Source: a virus
IMG/VR virus record: IMGVR_UViG_3300044569_000072
Location: 1 to 41,855 of that record
DNA length: 41,855 nt
Direction: 5' to 3' (one strand)
A program made the position numbers and the translations under genes. The notes beneath the pieces were generated by a model. It did no database searches, had not been told where the DNA came from, and saw nothing but the letters and a program-made list of their open reading frames with translations. Below, piece after piece: positions 9,759 to 19,074 of the stretch (its first letter is position 1; each line of letters starts with the position of its first letter).

Positions 9759-10151
9759 CTACCACGCGGCCACCTGACCGCTCATTCCGACCTTCGCCCT
9801 CCACTTGGCCTGGACGCGCCTGATGGTCGCGTCGGCGTTCGGGACCTCGTCCCAAGCGCTTCGTCGAAAGCCCATCCGACGCATCTCCGCGTCCATGGTT
9901 GATATGATTGCTTTGGCGGCTTGCATGCTCGTGCCGGAATACGCGTCGGCGACGCAGGTCGTGAGGGTGAAGACCTCCTCGCCCGAGCTGTCGGCGGTCT
10001 GCTCGTCCATGCCCGGGAACGCGAAGCGGACGTAGAGCGCTGGCAGGCTCACGTCCGACGAGAACGGGGCCGTGGAGCAGGTGCACCCCCTGTGCCTCGC
10101 CTCCACCGCGCTCGCCACCCGCGTGAACATGGCGTTCGAGTAGTCGTTCAT
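9759..10151 (-). CDS. Tail terminator / neck protein
   Basis: 130 aa from the ATG at 10151 (MNDYSNAMFTRV...), with a 4-nt overlap onto the upstream gene. The call rests on position. Confidence 0.5.
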   Translation of the reverse strand: MNDYSNAMFTRVASAVEARHRGCTCSTAPFSSDVSLPALYVRFAFPGMDEQTADSSGEEVFTLTTCVADAYSGTSMQAAKAIISTMDAEMRRMGFRRSAWDEVPNADATIRRVQAKWRAKVGMSGQVAAW

Positions 10152-10630
10152 CGCGCGAACTCCTCCCTGGCCCGTCTGGGCAGCTCCATGCGGGCGCGGT
10201 CGGCGGCGTGGCCCATGAAGCCCGCGCCGTCCTGCCCGTGGGTGGTCTTCCACGTGCCGTCGGAGGCGAGGAACGCCCACCCGTCGGCCCCCCTGCCGCT
10301 CGCGTCGCGCGCCCATCCGGCGGCGGCTGCGGCCCTGTTCGAGGCGGGGCTGTCGGGGGGCGCGCCCAGGCCGGTGCCGAACTCCACGAACGCCGCGTGG
10401 TCCCCGGAGGCGGTCACGTCGGCCCCGGAGGCCGTCTCGGAGACGGCTATCGACGACGCGAGCGAGCCCGCGTCCACGGGGCAGCCCATCCGGGCGTCGT
10501 CCGCCGCGTCAGCCGCGAGGCCGACCGCGAGCGCGTGGGCCCTCGCTTCCAGCTCGTTCGCGTACGCGCGCACCTGCTTTGCCGCGGCGTCGAGGGAGCT
10601 GCCGGATAGCTGGGCCGTGACGCCTCTCAT
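10148..10630 (-). CDS. HK97 gp10-family head-tail joining protein
   Basis: 160 aa containing ...DHAAFVEFGTG..., typical of the gp10 family. Position fits. Confidence 0.6.
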   Translation of the reverse strand: MRGVTAQLSGSSLDAAAKQVRAYANELEARAHALAVGLAADAADDARMGCPVDAGSLASSIAVSETASGADVTASGDHAAFVEFGTGLGAPPDSPASNRAAAAAGWARDASGRGADGWAFLASDGTWKTTHGQDGAGFMGHAADRARMELPRRAREEFAR

Positions 10631-11007
10631 CTGCCGTCAGCGCCCGTGAGCGCAAGTGCGACCGAGTTCACGGACGAGGAGACGCGCACGACGACGTATG
10701 ACCCCTTCGTGTCGGGGACTCCACCGTCGGGGGCGGACGGGGCCGCGTCAGAGACCCACACGCGGTCGCCCTCGGTCACACCCGCCGCGTTGTCGGCCAT
10801 GACCACCGTCATGTCATATGAGGTGGAGGTCCCGAAGGGAGACGATGACGAGTCACCGGTGGGCGCTGACACGTTGGCGCGCAGCATGATCGGGGCCGTG
10901 AACGACGGGACCCGCTCGCCCGTCCTGTTGCCGTCCTCGTCCGTCAGCTCCACCGTCGTGAGGTGCGAGAGCCACATCGTCCGCATGTTGCGCGCAAGGC
11001 ACCTCAT
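10627..11007 (-). CDS. Head closure / head-tail adaptor protein
   Basis: 126 aa from the ATG at 11007 (MRCLARNMRTMWLSHLTT...), overlapping both neighbours by 4 nt. The call rests on position. Confidence 0.5.
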   Translation of the reverse strand: MRCLARNMRTMWLSHLTTVELTDEDGNRTGERVPSFTAPIMLRANVSAPTGDSSSSPFGTSTSYDMTVVMADNAAGVTEGDRVWVSDAAPSAPDGGVPDTKGSYVVVRVSSSVNSVALALTGADGR

Positions 11008-11345
11008 CGGATGATCCCGGCCCTCGGAACGATGCGCGCGAGCAGCGACTTCGAGACGCCGCCCGTCTCCCACGCCCTGCTGATGCCGTTCTCGTTGTGA
11101 GAGCGCTCCCCCTCCGCGCCGCGCCGCGAGAACATGTCCACGGCAACCTCGCACTGCAGGTGGTCGTAGCGCGCCTCCCACTCCTCGCCCTCGGGGTCGT
11201 CGGAGAAGGGGTTCCGCTCCCTCAGCACGACGCCCATGGCGAGCGGGAGGTAGGTCTCGGAGAGCAGGGTCGCGTCGGCCCCGCCCGCCGGGACCCCGGC
11301 GAGGGAGCACGCGAGACTCGTCTTGTCAGCGTCGGCCATCGCCAT
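11004..11345 (-). CDS. Head-tail connector (gp6-like)
   Basis: 113-aa ORF directly after the capsid gene. The call rests on position. Confidence 0.5.
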   Translation of the reverse strand: MAMADADKTSLACSLAGVPAGGADATLLSETYLPLAMGVVLRERNPFSDDPEGEEWEARYDHLQCEVAVDMFSRRGAEGERSHNENGISRAWETGGVSKSLLARIVPRAGIIR

Positions 11346-11360
11346 GCCCCCTCGCCTCCC

Positions 11361-12350
11361 CTAGGCCTGGGTCGTGACCGCGACGAGCGCGATGGACTTC
11401 GGGTCGAACGCGAGCGACCAGTTGGCCTTGGCGAACAGCTGCGCGTCGGTCGGCGACGCGTTGTAGCCGGTATTGGGCTTCGCGAAGGAGAAGCCGTTGG
11501 GGTGGATGGTCTCGCGGGTGCGGGTCCACAGGGTGTTCTGCCCGCCGTTGGTCTTGGGGTCGCGCGTGACCTCGGCCGGCACCTCGCACTTCGCCGTGGC
11601 GTGGCGGATGGTGCCCGCGCCGAGCAGGTAGGTCGTGTAGGTGGCCTTGGTCTCGCCGGAGGCGGCGGTCGTGGGCGCGGAGTCGTCGATGATGGTGAGC
11701 ATGCCGTTCACGTAGGCGACGTTTCGGATCTGTCGCTCGATGCCCTCGGGGTCGGTGTACTTGGCGTACTCCACCAGCTGCTTCTGGGCGAGCTGGTTCG
11801 CGACCTTGGAGTGCATGAAGGCGAGCGTGATGGCCTGCGCGTTGTCGCCCAGGGCGTCCACGGCGGCGTCTCCGAGCGTGGTCTCGTCGACGGGGGCGGC
11901 GGCGTCGATGACGTGGGACTTCATCTCGGCGACCTGCATGACCGCGCCGATGATGCCGAGCGTGGTCGCCTGGCGGCGGTGGTTCCAGAACGGCGCGACC
12001 TGCGAGGCGATGACCTGCATGGGGTTCGCGCCGGAGTTGAAGTCGCGGACGAACTGGGCCTCGGACCAGGCCTGCGTGCGACCGAACACGACGCCGGAGG
12101 TGGAGCCGCCCTCGGTCCCCACGACGGGGATGTCGGTCTGCCCGTCATAGTTCGCGGGCTCCCCGGCGAGCGTCTTGTAGAAGGGCGCGGTGTAGGTGTC
12201 GGAGCCGTTGTTGACGAGCGCGGCGATGGCCGGGTCCTCCACCATGGCCCCGGAGGTCAGGAGGGCGTCTCGGACGAGGTCGGGCTCCTGCGCCCAGTAG
12301 TAGTTGAAGATGTCTGCGTCGAACGGAAAGCCTAGGTACGTGTCTTCCAT
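11361..12350 (-). CDS. Major capsid protein (HK97-fold type)
   Basis: 329-aa ORF after the scaffold gene, with very high GC3. Size and position are typical. Confidence 0.8.
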   Translation of the reverse strand: MEDTYLGFPFDADIFNYYWAQEPDLVRDALLTSGAMVEDPAIAALVNNGSDTYTAPFYKTLAGEPANYDGQTDIPVVGTEGGSTSGVVFGRTQAWSEAQFVRDFNSGANPMQVIASQVAPFWNHRRQATTLGIIGAVMQVAEMKSHVIDAAAPVDETTLGDAAVDALGDNAQAITLAFMHSKVANQLAQKQLVEYAKYTDPEGIERQIRNVAYVNGMLTIIDDSAPTTAASGETKATYTTYLLGAGTIRHATAKCEVPAEVTRDPKTNGGQNTLWTRTRETIHPNGFSFAKPNTGYNASPTDAQLFAKANWSLAFDPKSIALVAVTTQA

Positions 12351-12369
12351 TTCTGGTTCCCTTCTCTGG

Positions 12370-12942
12370 TTACTTGAGGCGGCTCAGGATGGTGGGGTCG
12401 GCGTTCTTCATCTCCACCTGCTTCTCGTAGGGCAGCGCCATGAACTCCTTGGCGGTGGAGACGTCGCCCTGCTTGCCGGCCTGCGGGCCCTTCATGCCCG
12501 CGAGCTTGCGGTCCTCGGAGGCCTTGCCAGCGGCGCTCACGCGCGCGCTCACGAGGTCAGCGATGGCCTTGGCGGATGCCGTGGTGGCGTCGCGGTCGTC
12601 TGAGACCACGCCGGCGAGCAGCGGCTCGTACTCCTCGGCGGAGATTCCCGCCTCGGCGAACACGGAGACGGCGGACATGCGGTTGAGGTCGCGCACGGCC
12701 TCGTCACGAGCCTTGGTCGCGTCGTCGATCTGCGCCTGCCACTTCTCGTCGGAGGTGAGCCCCCTCTTCGCGGCCTCCTCCAGCTCGCCCACGCGCCCGA
12801 CAAGCTTCTCCGCCTTCTCGCGCTCCCTGTCGGTCGCTGCCTTCGCGGCGTTCACGTCGGTGCCGTTCTGCGTCATGATGGCGTCCACGACCTCGTCGGT
12901 GACCTCGTCGCCGAGCTGCTTCCTGAGCCAGTCCCTCTTCAT
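12370..12942 (-). CDS. Capsid scaffolding protein
   Basis: 190 aa, charged and alpha-helical (KAATDREREKAEKLVGRVGELEEAAKR...), between the portal and capsid genes. Confidence 0.7.
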   Translation of the reverse strand: MKRDWLRKQLGDEVTDEVVDAIMTQNGTDVNAAKAATDREREKAEKLVGRVGELEEAAKRGLTSDEKWQAQIDDATKARDEAVRDLNRMSAVSVFAEAGISAEEYEPLLAGVVSDDRDATTASAKAIADLVSARVSAAGKASEDRKLAGMKGPQAGKQGDVSTAKEFMALPYEKQVEMKNADPTILSRLK

Positions 12943-12966
12943 GCGGTTCCTCTCCTCGTGCGTTGG

Positions 12967-14547
12967 CTACGCTTTGGTGACGCGGGTCGCTTCCGCCTGC
13001 TTCGCCCCAGTGACGCCGGGGCCCGCGCTCGTATCTCCACCGGCGGGGGGCGCGCCGCGCTCCTCGTCGGGTTGTGCCTGGTCGTCCGCTCCGCCCGCGA
13101 TCCTCTCCGCCTGCTTGCCGCGCTCGTCCACGTAGCCCTGCGAGAGGTCGTAGGCGGCCTCGGGGTCCGAGAACATCCCGCAGTGCTCGAACGCGAGCCT
13201 CGGGTGGACCTTGTCGGAGCCGAGCATCGTGGTGAGCACCTGCGCCTTGGACTGGATGGCCTCGTAGTTGCGTCGCGTGAACTTGACCTCGACGTCCCCC
13301 GGGCGCAGGCCCAGGCCGCCGTGGCGGTCGCATATCGACAGCGCCGCCGCGAGGAACCTGCGCTCGGCGCGCCGGAACATGGCCTCGGTCTCCTTGCAGC
13401 GGTTCTCCGAGTTCGACCAGCCGTCGCGCATGGTGACCGCCGCGCCGGTGTCCGAGGTGGAGGCCCCGCCGCCCAGGTTTATGGGCATGCCGCAGATGGA
13501 GCAGGCCGTCCGGTAGAGGTGGTCCACGAGCGTCTGGACCTGGTCCTGGTTCAGCTCGGCGTTGATGAAGTAGAGCTTGGAGGGCTTGTCGCCGGTGGAG
13601 GAGACCTTCACCGCGCCCATCCTCTGCATCTCCCTGAACTCCTCGGAGTCCATGTCGACGTTCTCCAGGACCATGAGCGCCTGGATGAACTGCTCCACGC
13701 CGTCCACGCGGTCGGACTCCACCTCGTTGATGGCGTCGAACATGGACAGCACGGCCTCGAAGACGCCCATGCGCTCGGGGTTGGCGTCGTACTCCACCAC
13801 GGGCAGCATCCCCATGGGGTTCTCCTCTGAGGACTCCAGGGCGGCGTTTCTCACCACGAAGCGCGACCCGTCGGTGTAGACGGTGTCCACGACGTCGCCG
13901 GTCTCCTCGTCGGTGACCTCCACCACGGCGAACAGCGGCTCGCGCATGACGTCGTTCCGATGCACGACGAACGTGTACCTGGGGTCGAGTGAGCGCATCA
14001 CGAACGGGGACTCGTCGTCCACGCCGCCGTCCGCGCCCATGCGGGGCAGCACGAGCCGGTATCCCACGCCAACCTCGCACATCCACTGGACCAGCTCGAG
14101 GTCGCAGGCGTGCTTCTCGGCGGCGTCGCAGAAGTCGTTGAGCCGCTGCACCTTGGTGGATAGCTCGTCGGACGCCGACCTCGTCTCCTCGGGGGTGCCG
14201 CCGCGCGCCCTGCCCGACGCGTGCGCCGAGTAGGTGATGGGCTCGCCCGCGAGCGAGTCCGCGCGGTCCTTGGCCATCTGATAGGCGCGATTCTCGGTGA
14301 CGCGGTTGTTTATCTCGGGGCGCACCGCCTTCTCGCGACCGGTCACGGGCTGGCGACCGAGGAAGTAGCCGTGGAGGTAGCTGATCTCGGCGGAGTTCAC
14401 GCAGTGCGTGAGCCTCGCGCGCTCCACCAGCCCCGCGACGTTCTCGGCGGTGACCTCGGTGGCCGAGCAGACCAGCTGCCTGCGGCCCGCGTACGTCGAC
14501 CTGGGCGCGACCTGCGCCTGCGTCTGCTCCGTGCCATCTTCCGCCAA
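12967..14547 (-). CDS. Portal protein
   Basis: More than 520 aa, directly after terL. Preferred start is the TTG at 14547, 8 nt after AAAAGGAGG; the ORF track start is 14640. Confidence 0.8.
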   Translation of the reverse strand: MAEDGTEQTQAQVAPRSTYAGRRQLVCSATEVTAENVAGLVERARLTHCVNSAEISYLHGYFLGRQPVTGREKAVRPEINNRVTENRAYQMAKDRADSLAGEPITYSAHASGRARGGTPEETRSASDELSTKVQRLNDFCDAAEKHACDLELVQWMCEVGVGYRLVLPRMGADGGVDDESPFVMRSLDPRYTFVVHRNDVMREPLFAVVEVTDEETGDVVDTVYTDGSRFVVRNAALESSEENPMGMLPVVEYDANPERMGVFEAVLSMFDAINEVESDRVDGVEQFIQALMVLENVDMDSEEFREMQRMGAVKVSSTGDKPSKLYFINAELNQDQVQTLVDHLYRTACSICGMPINLGGGASTSDTGAAVTMRDGWSNSENRCKETEAMFRRAERRFLAAALSICDRHGGLGLRPGDVEVKFTRRNYEAIQSKAQVLTTMLGSDKVHPRLAFEHCGMFSDPEAAYDLSQGYVDERGKQAERIAGGADDQAQPDEERGAPPAGGDTSAGPGVTGAKQAEATRVTKA

Positions 14548-14687
14548 GGCCGCGCCTCCTTTTCGCTCGTCGTCGCCGTCGGAGTCGCGGGGAGGACGAC
14601 ACGGCCCCGGCGGCATGGCGATGGGGATTGCACCCCGCAAGAGAGCATCGCCCCTATGCGCATGGCGCTCGTGCCGGTTTTGATGGC

Positions 14688-16340
14688 CTAGAACGGTCTC
14701 CTCATGGGCTTGGCCACGTTCCTGTGCGAGGAGGAGAGCAGGTCGGCGAGCATGCTCATGGCGTCGGGCGCGTCGTCGTGGCGGTTCTTGCCGTCGAGGA
14801 CGTACTCGCTCATCTGCTGCATGAAGGTGGAGTAGTCGTCACCCGGGCGGTACAGCGACGGGTCGCGGAACACGCAGTTCTCAAGCACCCACGGCGAGCT
14901 CGCGAGTATCCTCGTCTCCTTGTTCGAGCCGGTGTACTTCTTCTGCACCGCACAGACGCAGCCGTCCTCGGCGAGCATCGCCCCGACGTCGTCGGCGACC
15001 TTGCCACCAGCCGCGTTCGACTCGAAGCGCACCTGCATGACGGCGTTGGCCTCTATGACGCTCGCGAGCCTTCGGTTCACGACGGACGGGGACGAGTGGT
15101 CGCACACGGCGTCGATGACGAACCACCTGGGGGTGGAGTCCCACTTGGCCGCAACGGGCATGGCGCAGTAGTCCTCGCCCGTCCCCTTGGTGTCCACCAC
15201 GCCAACGACGCGGGCGGGGGGGCCGCTGGGCAGCGTCAGGTAGCGCTCCATGGCGTCGGGCGGGTACAGCTGGCCCTGCCTCACGTGGGGCGCGCCGTCG
15301 TACTTCGCGGCGTAGGTCGCCTCGTCGGTCGTCCTGCGCATGTCGAGGTAGTAGCTGCGGTCGAAGCCCACGCCGTAGAGGTAGTCGAAGTTTGACTCTC
15401 CCGTCTCGGGGTCGAGCGCCGGTATCGAGAGCTCGTGGAAGCCCGGCTCGCCCTCGTGCAGCTCCACCATCCTGCCGATGGGGTCTGCCACGTCCCACCT
15501 CGTGCCGACCATGAGCTGCTTCGCGCCGCGCTTGCGGCGATCGTAGCACTGGTTGACGTACGCCTCCCACTTCGACTGGAGGCGTCGGGGGCTCATGGCC
15601 TCCTCGAGGTCCTTCACGAGGTCGTCGGCGTAGAGCCACCCACCCTCCCCCACCTCCACCGCGCCGGTGAGCGTGCCCTCGACCGAGCGGCACGTGACGG
15701 TGGGGTACGACGTGTGCTTCCTGAGGGAGAAGGCCTCGTCCTCGCTCGACTGCCACACGAGGGGCGACTCGGGGAATATCTCGTCGAACCTGTACGCCGA
15801 GTCGGACGCGTACTGAAGCTCCTGCACGTAGAAGTGCTTGGTGAGCTTGTCGGAGTGCGCGGTCATGAGGTTCGAGTGCCTGGGGTCTCGGCCCGCGTGC
15901 CATGCCATCGCCATGCCGCAGACGCTCGACTTGCCAGATCTGGGCGGCAGCGACACCGACAGGAACTCCGCGCCGACGCCCGTCTCCAGCCACTGCAGCT
16001 CTCGGCACAGTCGCATGAGCCTCGCGCGCCTGGGGAGCCACAGCCTAGACTCGGGCGCGCGGTCGAACTCCATCGCCTGCATGAACGCGTCGAGGTCGAG
16101 CGGGGCGTCGAGCGTCAGCGCCTCGCGCAGCCACCCGCCAAGCGACTCGAGCCCGCGCGCGTCGGCCCACCCGCTGCGTATGGCGTCGGACAGCGCCCGC
16201 CTCGCCCCCATGAGGTCGGCGTGCGAGGACTCGCCGTCATCTGCCATCTGCCGGAGCAGCGACATGAGGTCGGCATAAGCGCCGAGGTCACGCGGGCTCG
16301 CGGATATGTAGCTAAGTATGTTGTCGCAGGCGTCTCCCAT
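14688..16340 (-). CDS. terL: Terminase large subunit
   Basis: About 550 aa with a Walker A-like motif (SLPPRSGKSS) followed by a nuclease-type C-terminal half. Start is uncertain: ATG at 16340 or GTG at 16373. Confidence 0.85.
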   Translation of the reverse strand: MGDACDNILSYISASPRDLGAYADLMSLLRQMADDGESSHADLMGARRALSDAIRSGWADARGLESLGGWLREALTLDAPLDLDAFMQAMEFDRAPESRLWLPRRARLMRLCRELQWLETGVGAEFLSVSLPPRSGKSSVCGMAMAWHAGRDPRHSNLMTAHSDKLTKHFYVQELQYASDSAYRFDEIFPESPLVWQSSEDEAFSLRKHTSYPTVTCRSVEGTLTGAVEVGEGGWLYADDLVKDLEEAMSPRRLQSKWEAYVNQCYDRRKRGAKQLMVGTRWDVADPIGRMVELHEGEPGFHELSIPALDPETGESNFDYLYGVGFDRSYYLDMRRTTDEATYAAKYDGAPHVRQGQLYPPDAMERYLTLPSGPPARVVGVVDTKGTGEDYCAMPVAAKWDSTPRWFVIDAVCDHSSPSVVNRRLASVIEANAVMQVRFESNAAGGKVADDVGAMLAEDGCVCAVQKKYTGSNKETRILASSPWVLENCVFRDPSLYRPGDDYSTFMQQMSEYVLDGKNRHDDAPDAMSMLADLLSSSHRNVAKPMRRPF

Positions 16341-16455
16341 GCCCGCCGACGCTACCAGCGGGCGGGGACGCACTCGTGCCGCGAGCGGTCGCGGGGCGCA
16401 TCGTGCGGGGACTCCACCCTATTAGGGGCGCAGCCCGAAGACCGCATGGGCGTGC

Positions 16456-17034
16456 CTAGGCTGCGCTCCTCAGCTCGTACCACTTCGTGCGGCCCACGCC
16501 CACGGCCCGGCACGCCTCGGCCACGGACTCCTCGCGCGCGCCCACACGCCTCTGGTGCTCGGCGAGCAGCGCCGGGTCGACCTCCTTCGGCGGCCTGCCG
16601 TCGCGGTAGCCGGGCCTCGTGCGCGCCAGCTCCCTGCCCTCGCGCGTGCGCTCCACGATCATGTCGCGCTCGAACTCGGCCATGGCGAACATGACGCTCA
16701 CGACCATCCTGCCCATCGGCGTGTCGTCTATGACCCCGCCCATGTTGAGCACCCGCACGCTCACGCCCCGGTCTATGAGACCCCTCACGAGCGAGCATCC
16801 CTGCACCGTCGACCTCGCTATGCGGTCGAGCTTGGTCACCACGAGCGAGTCACCCGCGCGCATCCTCGCGAGCAGGCGGTCCAGCTCGGGGCGGTCAGTG
16901 GTCGTGCCGGTGTAGGTCTCCTCCACGACCTCGTCGCAGCCGTCGCCCGCGAGCGCCTTCCTCTGCACCTCGAGCGAGTTGCCGTCCCTCGCCTGGCCCC
17001 GCGTGGACACCCGAGCGTACCCGTACGCGGTCAT
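16456..17034 (-). CDS. Small serine recombinase (resolvase/invertase family)
   Basis: 192 aa: MTAYGYARVSTRGQ...TDRPELDRLL...GDSLVVTKLDRIARS...MAEFERDMIVERTREG..., plus a C-terminal HTH. The architecture matches Hin/Gin/resolvase. The ATGA overlap with the upstream HTH gene suggests translational coupling. Confidence 0.85.
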   Translation of the reverse strand: MTAYGYARVSTRGQARDGNSLEVQRKALAGDGCDEVVEETYTGTTTDRPELDRLLARMRAGDSLVVTKLDRIARSTVQGCSLVRGLIDRGVSVRVLNMGGVIDDTPMGRMVVSVMFAMAEFERDMIVERTREGRELARTRPGYRDGRPPKEVDPALLAEHQRRVGAREESVAEACRAVGVGRTKWYELRSAA

Positions 17035-17285
17035 CGCGCGTCGCCCCCCTCCCCCATGACGTAGCTGCCCTCGGGGAGCTTCTTGCCCCTCTGGACGAGC
17101 GCGACCTCGTATCCCAGCTCGGACAGGTACCTCATGGCTACGGCGAGGGACGGGTTGTCCTTCGCGACGACCGACGCGACCGCAGGCTGCGACACGCCGA
17201 CCCTTCTCGACAGGTCTGCCCTCGTTATCCCCGCCGCGTCGCAGGCGTCAGTGAGCGCCCTTCCGAACCCAGTCTTCTCCGCCAT
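17031..17285 (-). CDS. XRE-type HTH DNA-binding protein
   Basis: 84 aa from the ATG at 17285 (RBS GAGGGAGGA). The motif ITRADLSRRVGVSQPAVASVV looks like a helix-turn-helix. Confidence 0.65.
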   Translation of the reverse strand: MAEKTGFGRALTDACDAAGITRADLSRRVGVSQPAVASVVAKDNPSLAVAMRYLSELGYEVALVQRGKKLPEGSYVMGEGGDAR

Positions 17286-17499
17286 ATGCGTCCTCCCTCT
17301 CGTAATGTTGCGCATGATGGTATAGCTATTGCTTCATTATCGCAAGGGCCTTTTTGTTTTCGTGGGCCGTCGCGGGGCTAAGCAGGGGCTAAAAGTGCCT
17401 CCCGAATCCCTGTCCGGTACCCCTCGCCGCGATCTACCGCGCGCATAACCGCAGGTAAACGATATCGATAAGTTCACACATACTGATATACACGACGAC

Positions 17500-17604
17500 T
17501 TAAACAATCACTTATGAATAATCTATGGAGGGCCGAACGTGACGTTAAGTAATCGCTTATGAATAGGGTAGAGTCACAACCAGTTAAGCAATGGCTTATC
17601 AATC
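17500..17604. promoter_or_regulatory. Three 21-bp direct repeats with internal dyads (operator-like or res-like array)
   Basis: ttaaacaatcacttatgaata (17500-17520), ttaagtaatcgcttatgaata (17545-17565) and ttaagcaatggcttatcaatc (17584-17604). Each contains TAAG-N6-CTTA. They lie in an AT-rich divergent intergenic region. Confidence 0.6.
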
Positions 17605-17623
17605 ACGACGGAAGGGGCACCAG

Positions 17624-18028
17624 ATGCTAGCCGACATGACCCAGGAGGAGACCGACCTACACAACCGCGAGCAGTGCCGAAGGATGGCCGAGGAGGTGGA
17701 GGCCTACGCGGAGGGCCGCGTCTACAGGGACGAGGACGGGGACACGCACGTCATAGACAGCGACGAGGAGCCGGGCGAGGACTGGGAGCAGCTGGGCGTA
17801 AGCGACTACCTAGACGACGTGCTCGACATCACATACATGGTAAGCCGCGACCGCGACTACCAGAGCGCGCTCCTATACGTGGCCGTGGGCGGCCCCACGA
17901 TATGGATAGACACGGACACCAGCTACGTACGCCTCACGTGGGGCGGCGACACGGCGTCATACGCGCTCGCCTACAGCGCACGCGACGCCCTGGACGAGGA
18001 GCTAAGCGAGCTCTGGAGGTGCGAGTGA
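17624..18028 (+). CDS. Acidic hypothetical protein (P1)
   Basis: 134 aa from the ATG at 17624 (RBS GGAAGGGG); the ORF track start is 17591. Asp/Glu-rich. No family recognised. Confidence 0.6.
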   Translation: MLADMTQEETDLHNREQCRRMAEEVEAYAEGRVYRDEDGDTHVIDSDEEPGEDWEQLGVSDYLDDVLDITYMVSRDRDYQSALLYVAVGGPTIWIDTDTSYVRLTWGGDTASYALAYSARDALDEELSELWRCE

Positions 18029-18114
18029 TGGCCGCCGTCACGCTCGCCTACCTTGTGGGCGCGGTGGTCGGCGCGGTGCTGACTGAACTATCTGGCTACC
18101 TATTTAACCGATAG
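18028..18114 (+). CDS. 28-aa hydrophobic micro-peptide (pep1)
   Basis: MAAVTLAYLVGAVVGAVLTELSGYLFNR. ATGA overlap with P1. Its C-terminal motif is shared with pep2, and the differences are mostly synonymous. Confidence 0.55.
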   Translation: MAAVTLAYLVGAVVGAVLTELSGYLFNR

Positions 18115-18129
18115 ACAAAAGGAGACGAA

Positions 18130-18432
18130 ATGTTTTACGCATTCGAGCATTACTACGGAGTCGGCACCACAGACGAAAACGGTAGCCGCATCGGGCACAT
18201 TAAATTCTTTGATACCAAGCACGCCCGGGACGCATGGGTGGACGCTGACGTGTGGGACGGCAACTACGACCGCGAGCCCATGACGCGACCTGAGGCGCTC
18301 AGAGTCATGCGAGCCGATGGCGAGTACATGGACGAGGTCCGCAGCGCGCCGTACGGCGGCTACCACTCGGATCTGGCCGAGCTGTCGGACTACCGCGCAT
18401 GGTGCGAAAATCGTGAGAGGCAGTGCTACTGA
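18130..18432 (+). CDS. Hypothetical protein (P2)
   Basis: 100-aa ORF with RBS AAGGAGA 6 nt upstream. No family recognised. Confidence 0.6.
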   Translation: MFYAFEHYYGVGTTDENGSRIGHIKFFDTKHARDAWVDADVWDGNYDREPMTRPEALRVMRADGEYMDEVRSAPYGGYHSDLAELSDYRAWCENRERQCY

Positions 18433-18500
18433 TGACGCGCGGGAAGCACATTACGGCCGCCGTGCTGACCGAGCTATCCGATTACATCTTTAATCGATAA
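18432..18500 (+). CDS. 22-aa micro-peptide (pep2), paralogue of pep1
   Basis: MTRGKHITAAVLTELSDYIFNR. ATGA overlap with P2. Confidence 0.5.
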   Translation: MTRGKHITAAVLTELSDYIFNR

Positions 18501-18510
18501 GAGGCAGATT

Positions 18511-18822
18511 ATGAAAAAGGAAAGCGGAAAGACCCTCCACGGCGAGACGCTTACGAGAGTAAGCAAGACGACGGCCTACAAGCACTACAGAGCCGGCGAA
18601 GCGGTCTATGTGCTCGGGTGCGACCTGGTCGCATACGCGACCCAGCAAAAATACGTGATCGAAATGCTTGACCCCGCGTACCGCCTGGGCTGGACGGAAT
18701 CTGATATCAAATCATATTTTGAATATGACGTCGGGCTTTGCACGGCCGAGGTGTGCGGCGGCATCTGCGGGCGGTACCTGTCGTACTACGTCCGCGAGGA
18801 GGTGGCCGACCATGACGCATAG
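18511..18822 (+). CDS. Hypothetical protein (P3)
   Basis: 103-aa ORF, Cys-containing (CTAEVCGGICGRY). No family recognised. Confidence 0.6.
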   Translation: MKKESGKTLHGETLTRVSKTTAYKHYRAGEAVYVLGCDLVAYATQQKYVIEMLDPAYRLGWTESDIKSYFEYDVGLCTAEVCGGICGRYLSYYVREEVADHDA

Positions 18823-18928
18823 TAGACGCATCGCGGCGGGCGTCGCCGTGGCCCTAGCCGTCGGCATCGTAACATACTGCGCCTACTGGGGCGGGCCCAC
18901 GCGCGCCCTGTGTTCGCATGGGACCTGA
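18812..18928 (+). CDS. 38-aa membrane micro-peptide (pep3)
   Basis: MTHSRRIAAGVAVALAVGIVTYCAYWGGPTRALCSHGT. Overlaps the P3 3' end by 11 nt. Confidence 0.4.
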   Translation: MTHSRRIAAGVAVALAVGIVTYCAYWGGPTRALCSHGT

Positions 18929-18942
18929 TACCACAATGGACC

Positions 18943-19074
18943 ATGGACACGCTGACGTCCGTGTTCTGGCGGCGCTATCTTATCTGCGCCTTCGGGTCCG
19001 ATTACGCACGCACTCTGGACACGCGCATCACAGGGCCGGAGGGGGTGACCGAATGCGCGGGCACAGCTGCCTAG
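18943..19074 (+). CDS. Small hypothetical protein (P4)
   Basis: 43 aa from the ATG (MDTLTSVFWRRYLICAFGSDYARTLDTRITGPEGVTECAGTAA). This frame has the best GC3 here. An upstream GTG at 18910 is also possible. Confidence 0.35.
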   Translation: MDTLTSVFWRRYLICAFGSDYARTLDTRITGPEGVTECAGTAA

